Source of the DNA: Bacteroidota bacterium
GTDB taxonomy: Bacteria; Bacteroidota; Bacteroidia; AKYH767-A; 2013-40CM-41-45
DNA: 64,000 bases
Assembly: GCA_004295015.1 (NCBI GenBank)
Contig: SHNE01000033.1
Location: 75,421 to 139,420, forward strand
Reading direction: 5' to 3'
The position numbers and the translations under genes were made by a program. The notes beneath the pieces are model-generated. The model ran no database searches and had not been told where the DNA came from. It saw only the letters and a list, made by a program, of their open reading frames with translations. Below, piece by piece: positions 60,523-64,000 of this stretch (position 1 is its first letter; each line of letters starts with the position of its first letter).

Positions 60523-61918
60523 CGCAACACACCTTTCCGAACTGGTGGAGATTGTTGGACAGGGAAATGTTTTTACTGATTCCGAAGTTCTCATCGATAA
60601 TTCGCATGATTACACAGAAGATCTTCGGTTTTTACCTGAGGTAGTGGTTAAACCAAGGACAGCGGAAGAAATATCTTCGATTCTTAAACTTTGTAATCGG
60701 GAAAATATCGCTGCAACTCCCAGAGGAGCGGGAACAGGATTAAGTGGCGGAGCTCTGCCAGTCCATGGCGGCATTGTAGTGAGCATGGAAAGATTCAACT
60801 CTATTCTCAACATTGATGAAAGAAACCTTCAGGCGCTTGTAGAGCCGGGGGTTATCAATCAGGTATTTCAGGAAGCTGTGAATGAAAAAGGATTGTTCTA
60901 TCCTCCTGATCCGGCGAGTAAAGGCAGTTGTTTTCTGGGAGGTAATTTGGCTGAATGTGCAGGCGGACCAAAAGCCGTAAAATACGGGGTAACGAAAGAC
61001 TATGTTTTGAATACAGAAGTTGTACTCCCGACCGGAGAAATTATTTGGACCGGCGCGAATGTTTTGAAGAATTCCACGGGCTATAATTTGACTCAGCTTT
61101 TAATAGGTAGTGAGGGAACTCTTGGTATCATTACAAAAATAGTATTCCGTTTGATCCCACTTCCCACTGAGAATCTATTAATGTTGGTTCCCTTTCGGGA
61201 TGCCGGCAAAGCATGCGAAGCAGTGAGTGCTATTTTCAGAGCAGGATTAACTCCATCTGCATTGGAATTTATGGAAAGAGATTGCATTGAGTTTGTGATG
61301 AAGCATACTGAAGTAAAGATCCCGCTCCCGGCAGGAATTCAGGCGCATTTACTAATTGAAGTAGATGGAATGGATAAAGAGGTCTTGTTTAAAGACTGCG
61401 AGAAAATATCTTCGATTTTGGAGCAATATGATTGTGAAGAAGTACTCTTTGCTGAATCATCGCAACAAAAAGCAGAGCTATGGAGAGCAAGAAGATCTGC
61501 AGGTGAAGCTGTAAAATCTCATTCAATATATAAGGAGGAGGATACAGTTGTTCCAAGAGCTGAATTGTCAAAGCTTTTATCCGGAGTAAAAATGATCGGA
61601 AAGAAATACGGATTCCGGAGTGTTTGTTATGGTCACGCAGGGGATGGAAATCTGCATGTCAATATCATCAAAGAGGATATGACAGATGAAGATTGGAATA
61701 CTAAAGTGCCTCAGGGAATCCGGGAAATATTTGAACTTTGCGTTTCATTAGGAGGAACGATTTCAGGTGAGCACGGGATAGGTTATGTACAGAAACCATA
61801 TCTTAATATTGCCTTCAATGAATCTCAATTGAATCTTATGAGAGGGATAAAAAAACTTTTCGATCCGAATGGTATTTTAAATCCCGGAAAAATTTTTAGC
61901 GATTCTTATGCGGAATAA
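60500..61918 (+). CDS. FAD-linked oxidase (GlcD/D-lactate dehydrogenase-like)
   Basis: FAD_binding_4 (…RGAGTGLSGGA…) plus a C-terminal FAD-oxidase domain. Confidence 0.85.
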   Translation: MAHYAKINATHLSELVEIVGQGNVFTDSEVLIDNSHDYTEDLRFLPEVVVKPRTAEEISSILKLCNRENIAATPRGAGTGLSGGALPVHGGIVVSMERFNSILNIDERNLQALVEPGVINQVFQEAVNEKGLFYPPDPASKGSCFLGGNLAECAGGPKAVKYGVTKDYVLNTEVVLPTGEIIWTGANVLKNSTGYNLTQLLIGSEGTLGIITKIVFRLIPLPTENLLMLVPFRDAGKACEAVSAIFRAGLTPSALEFMERDCIEFVMKHTEVKIPLPAGIQAHLLIEVDGMDKEVLFKDCEKISSILEQYDCEEVLFAESSQQKAELWRARRSAGEAVKSHSIYKEEDTVVPRAELSKLLSGVKMIGKKYGFRSVCYGHAGDGNLHVNIIKEDMTDEDWNTKVPQGIREIFELCVSLGGTISGEHGIGYVQKPYLNIAFNESQLNLMRGIKKLFDPNGILNPGKIFSDSYAE

Positions 61919-62717
61919 AGTTGTCATCATAACAGGATCTACGAGCGGCATTGGTAAAGCACTCGCTGAAAAGTTTGGTCGTGAAGGAGCCAAGGTTGTG
62001 ATTAGTGGAAGGCAGTTAGACCAATTGCATGAAAATGCAGCATCCATGATAAAAGCAGGAGCACACGTGCATGTCGTTCCCGCTGACGTAAGTAAAGAGG
62101 AGGACTGCAAGCGACTCATTGCAGAAACAATTTCAAAATATGGTCAGATTGATGTCCTGATTAACAATGCCGGTATTTCCATGCGGGCTCTTTTTTCTGA
62201 AGTCAGTTTGGATGTGATAAGGCAAGTGATGGATATAAATTTCTGGGGTGCAGTGTATGCAACAAAGTATGCACTTCCACATCTGTTAAAAACTCAAGGG
62301 AGTGTGGCAGGAGTTTCATCAATTGCCGGTAAAAAAGGATTACCGGGTCGATCAGGATATTCCGCTTCGAAATTTGCTCTTGAGGGATTTTTAGAGACGA
62401 TACGAACAGAAAATCTGAAGAATAATTTACACGTTTTGGTTGCTTGTCCGGGTTTTACTTCATCAGGTATAAGAGCAAAATCGCTATCAAAAGATGGAAC
62501 AGCTCAAGGTGAATCTCCCCGCGATGAGAAAAGTATGATGTCTGCCGAAGAAGTTGCAGGGAAAATTTATTTGGCCGTCAAGAATAGAAAACGGGACCTG
62601 ATTCTCACACCTGAAGGAAAGTTATCTGTATTTCTGAATAAATTTTTTCCCTCTTGGATGGATAAAGTGGTTTACAATCACATGGCCAAAGAGCCGGATT
62701 CTCCTTTCAGCAAATAA
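61908..62717 (+). CDS. SDR family oxidoreductase
   Basis: TGSTSGIGKALA Rossmann motif. YxxxK (YSASK). Confidence 0.85.
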   Translation: MRNKVVIITGSTSGIGKALAEKFGREGAKVVISGRQLDQLHENAASMIKAGAHVHVVPADVSKEEDCKRLIAETISKYGQIDVLINNAGISMRALFSEVSLDVIRQVMDINFWGAVYATKYALPHLLKTQGSVAGVSSIAGKKGLPGRSGYSASKFALEGFLETIRTENLKNNLHVLVACPGFTSSGIRAKSLSKDGTAQGESPRDEKSMMSAEEVAGKIYLAVKNRKRDLILTPEGKLSVFLNKFFPSWMDKVVYNHMAKEPDSPFSK

Positions 62718-62721
62718 AATT

Positions 62722-63120
62722 TTACTGGACAATAATTTTTACTTTGCCGGCACTTATCAGGTGGTCCTGATCGTCGTAAACGTAAACAACATAATCGCCT
62801 TCTTTATAAAAAGTGACTTCCTTCTTAAACCAGGTCCATGTTGGATCAACCGGAACACGAATGGAGTTTTCAAAAGTTTCTTTTTGGGTGGTAGGGTTTA
62901 CCCAGTATACGTCAAAAAGTACAAACCTTGAATTTACCTGGCCGGGCATTCTTACCATTAGCTGAAAATATCCTCCCGAATTTCCTATAGTAAATACCTC
63001 ACTGGCGCCGGTTATTTTTCCGTTGACATCTACGTTTTCACAAAAACTCAACTTTTGTGCAGACAGAGTAGGAGTGAGATAAAGAAAAAATAAAAGGAGA
63101 ATGCTGTAATGGCTTTTCAT
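62722..63120 (-). CDS. Hypothetical secreted protein
   Basis: Signal peptide MKSHYSILLLFFLYLTPTLSAQ. About 130 aa. Confidence 0.4.
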   Translation of the reverse strand: MKSHYSILLLFFLYLTPTLSAQKLSFCENVDVNGKITGASEVFTIGNSGGYFQLMVRMPGQVNSRFVLFDVYWVNPTTQKETFENSIRVPVDPTWTWFKKEVTFYKEGDYVVYVYDDQDHLISAGKVKIIVQ

Positions 63121-63181
63121 GGCTGAGCCTGTCAAAATGTTAACTGATTAATCACTTAAGATACAATTTTTAATCCTTCTG

Positions 63182-64000
63182 TCAAAATTTTACATTCACT
63201 CTTAAATTCAATTGTCGGCCGGTAAGGTAGTTAGGCACTGCGTATCGGTTGGCGTTGCTTACATCTGTTATCCAGGTATATGAAGCAACATTACTAACCT
63301 GTAAAAGGTTGAATACTTCTAATCCGATCCAAAGCGATTGCAGGTGTGTGCTGATACCTTTCTTTTTAGTTCGAGGAATTTCCTCGCCAATTATTTGCTT
63401 AGAGAATCCGATATCAACACGACGATAGGTTGGCATTCTGAGAATATCATTGTAGCGTTCATTGCCGGGAGGGCCAAAAGGCAAGGCTGTTCCAAAATGC
63501 AGACTTAAAGACATTTTATAAGTTGGAAATTTGGGCAGGTAATCCTGAAAGAATAAACCAAAAGTAAAGCGTTGGTCAGTGGGACGAGGGATGTATCCGG
63601 CTTCAACTTTAACAGTGTCATTGATAATATAAAAGTCTCCGTCAAGGTCTTCCTCAGTCTGAAGAAAGGAAATACTTGCCCAGGATTCTACACCGGGTAC
63701 AAACTCCCCAAACAAGCGCAAGTCTGCACCTCTTGCATAGCCTGTCGAACTGTATTCCGGGAGATAGCGAATTCTTAAATTGTCAATTTTATATGGGATA
63801 AGGTTTTTCAGGATCTTATAATATACTTCCGATGTCAATTTAAATTCTCGTCCTAAAGCAAGAAAAGTATAATCGCTTCCGGCAACAATATGTATTGATT
63901 GCTGAGCCTTTATGTCAGTATGAATATTGCCCTCCTGATCTCTTAACTCCCGATAGAATGGAGGTTGATAATAATAACCTCCTGCAAGTCTGAATGCTAC
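63182..64000 (-). CDS. Outer-membrane beta-barrel, TonB-dependent-receptor-like C-terminal portion. The N-terminus lies beyond the window end.
   Basis: The frame stays open to nt 64000. C-terminal …GRQLNLRVNVKF (terminal Phe) with an alternating aromatic beta-strand pattern. Confidence 0.5.
   Translation of the reverse strand, partial: VAFRLAGGYYYQPPFYRELRDQEGNIHTDIKAQQSIHIVAGSDYTFLALGREFKLTSEVYYKILKNLIPYKIDNLRIRYLPEYSSTGYARGADLRLFGEFVPGVESWASISFLQTEEDLDGDFYIINDTVKVEAGYIPRPTDQRFTFGLFFQDYLPKFPTYKMSLSLHFGTALPFGPPGNERYNDILRMPTYRRVDIGFSKQIIGEEIPRTKKKGISTHLQSLWIGLEVFNLLQVSNVASYTWITDVSNANRYAVPNYLTGRQLNLRVNVKF

Overview
The window is a Bacteroidota-type chromosomal segment of about 38-40% GC, mostly core genome, near dnaA. 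T9SS sorting domains, SBBP repeats and DUF5686/DUF1573/DUF3127/DUF4833 proteins support the phylum call, and the near-absence of Shine-Dalgarno sequences is consistent with it. Housekeeping genes include dnaA, ligA, ribD, ribH, prmC, dapA, surE, lpxB, mpl, mgtE, an ABC-F ATPase, an LptD-like protein, mlaD and an AmiC-type amidase. The most system-like feature is a seven-gene operon (1864-8924) for inositol-lipid biosynthesis. It contains myo-inositol-1-phosphate synthase, a PgpA-like phosphatase, GtrA, DUF5686, a CDP-alcohol phosphatidyltransferase, DUF4833 and a PAP2/IPC-synthase-like gene. It is preceded by a TetR gene with a perfect palindromic operator. Other notable items are: a secreted lysyl-oxidase-like protein with a proprotein-convertase P-domain, a PKD domain and a T9SS tail; a 757-aa coiled-coil protein with about 17 copies of a [RK][QK]DS[IL] motif; a 606-aa FabK/nitronate-monooxygenase-like protein with large insertions; two SBBP beta-propeller proteins; a split, order-permuted 5'-nucleotidase; a split HdrD/GlpC-like Fe-S pair; and an hsp20 gene with an unusually strong SD. 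No tRNA/rRNA, CRISPR, transposase or prophage signatures were seen.
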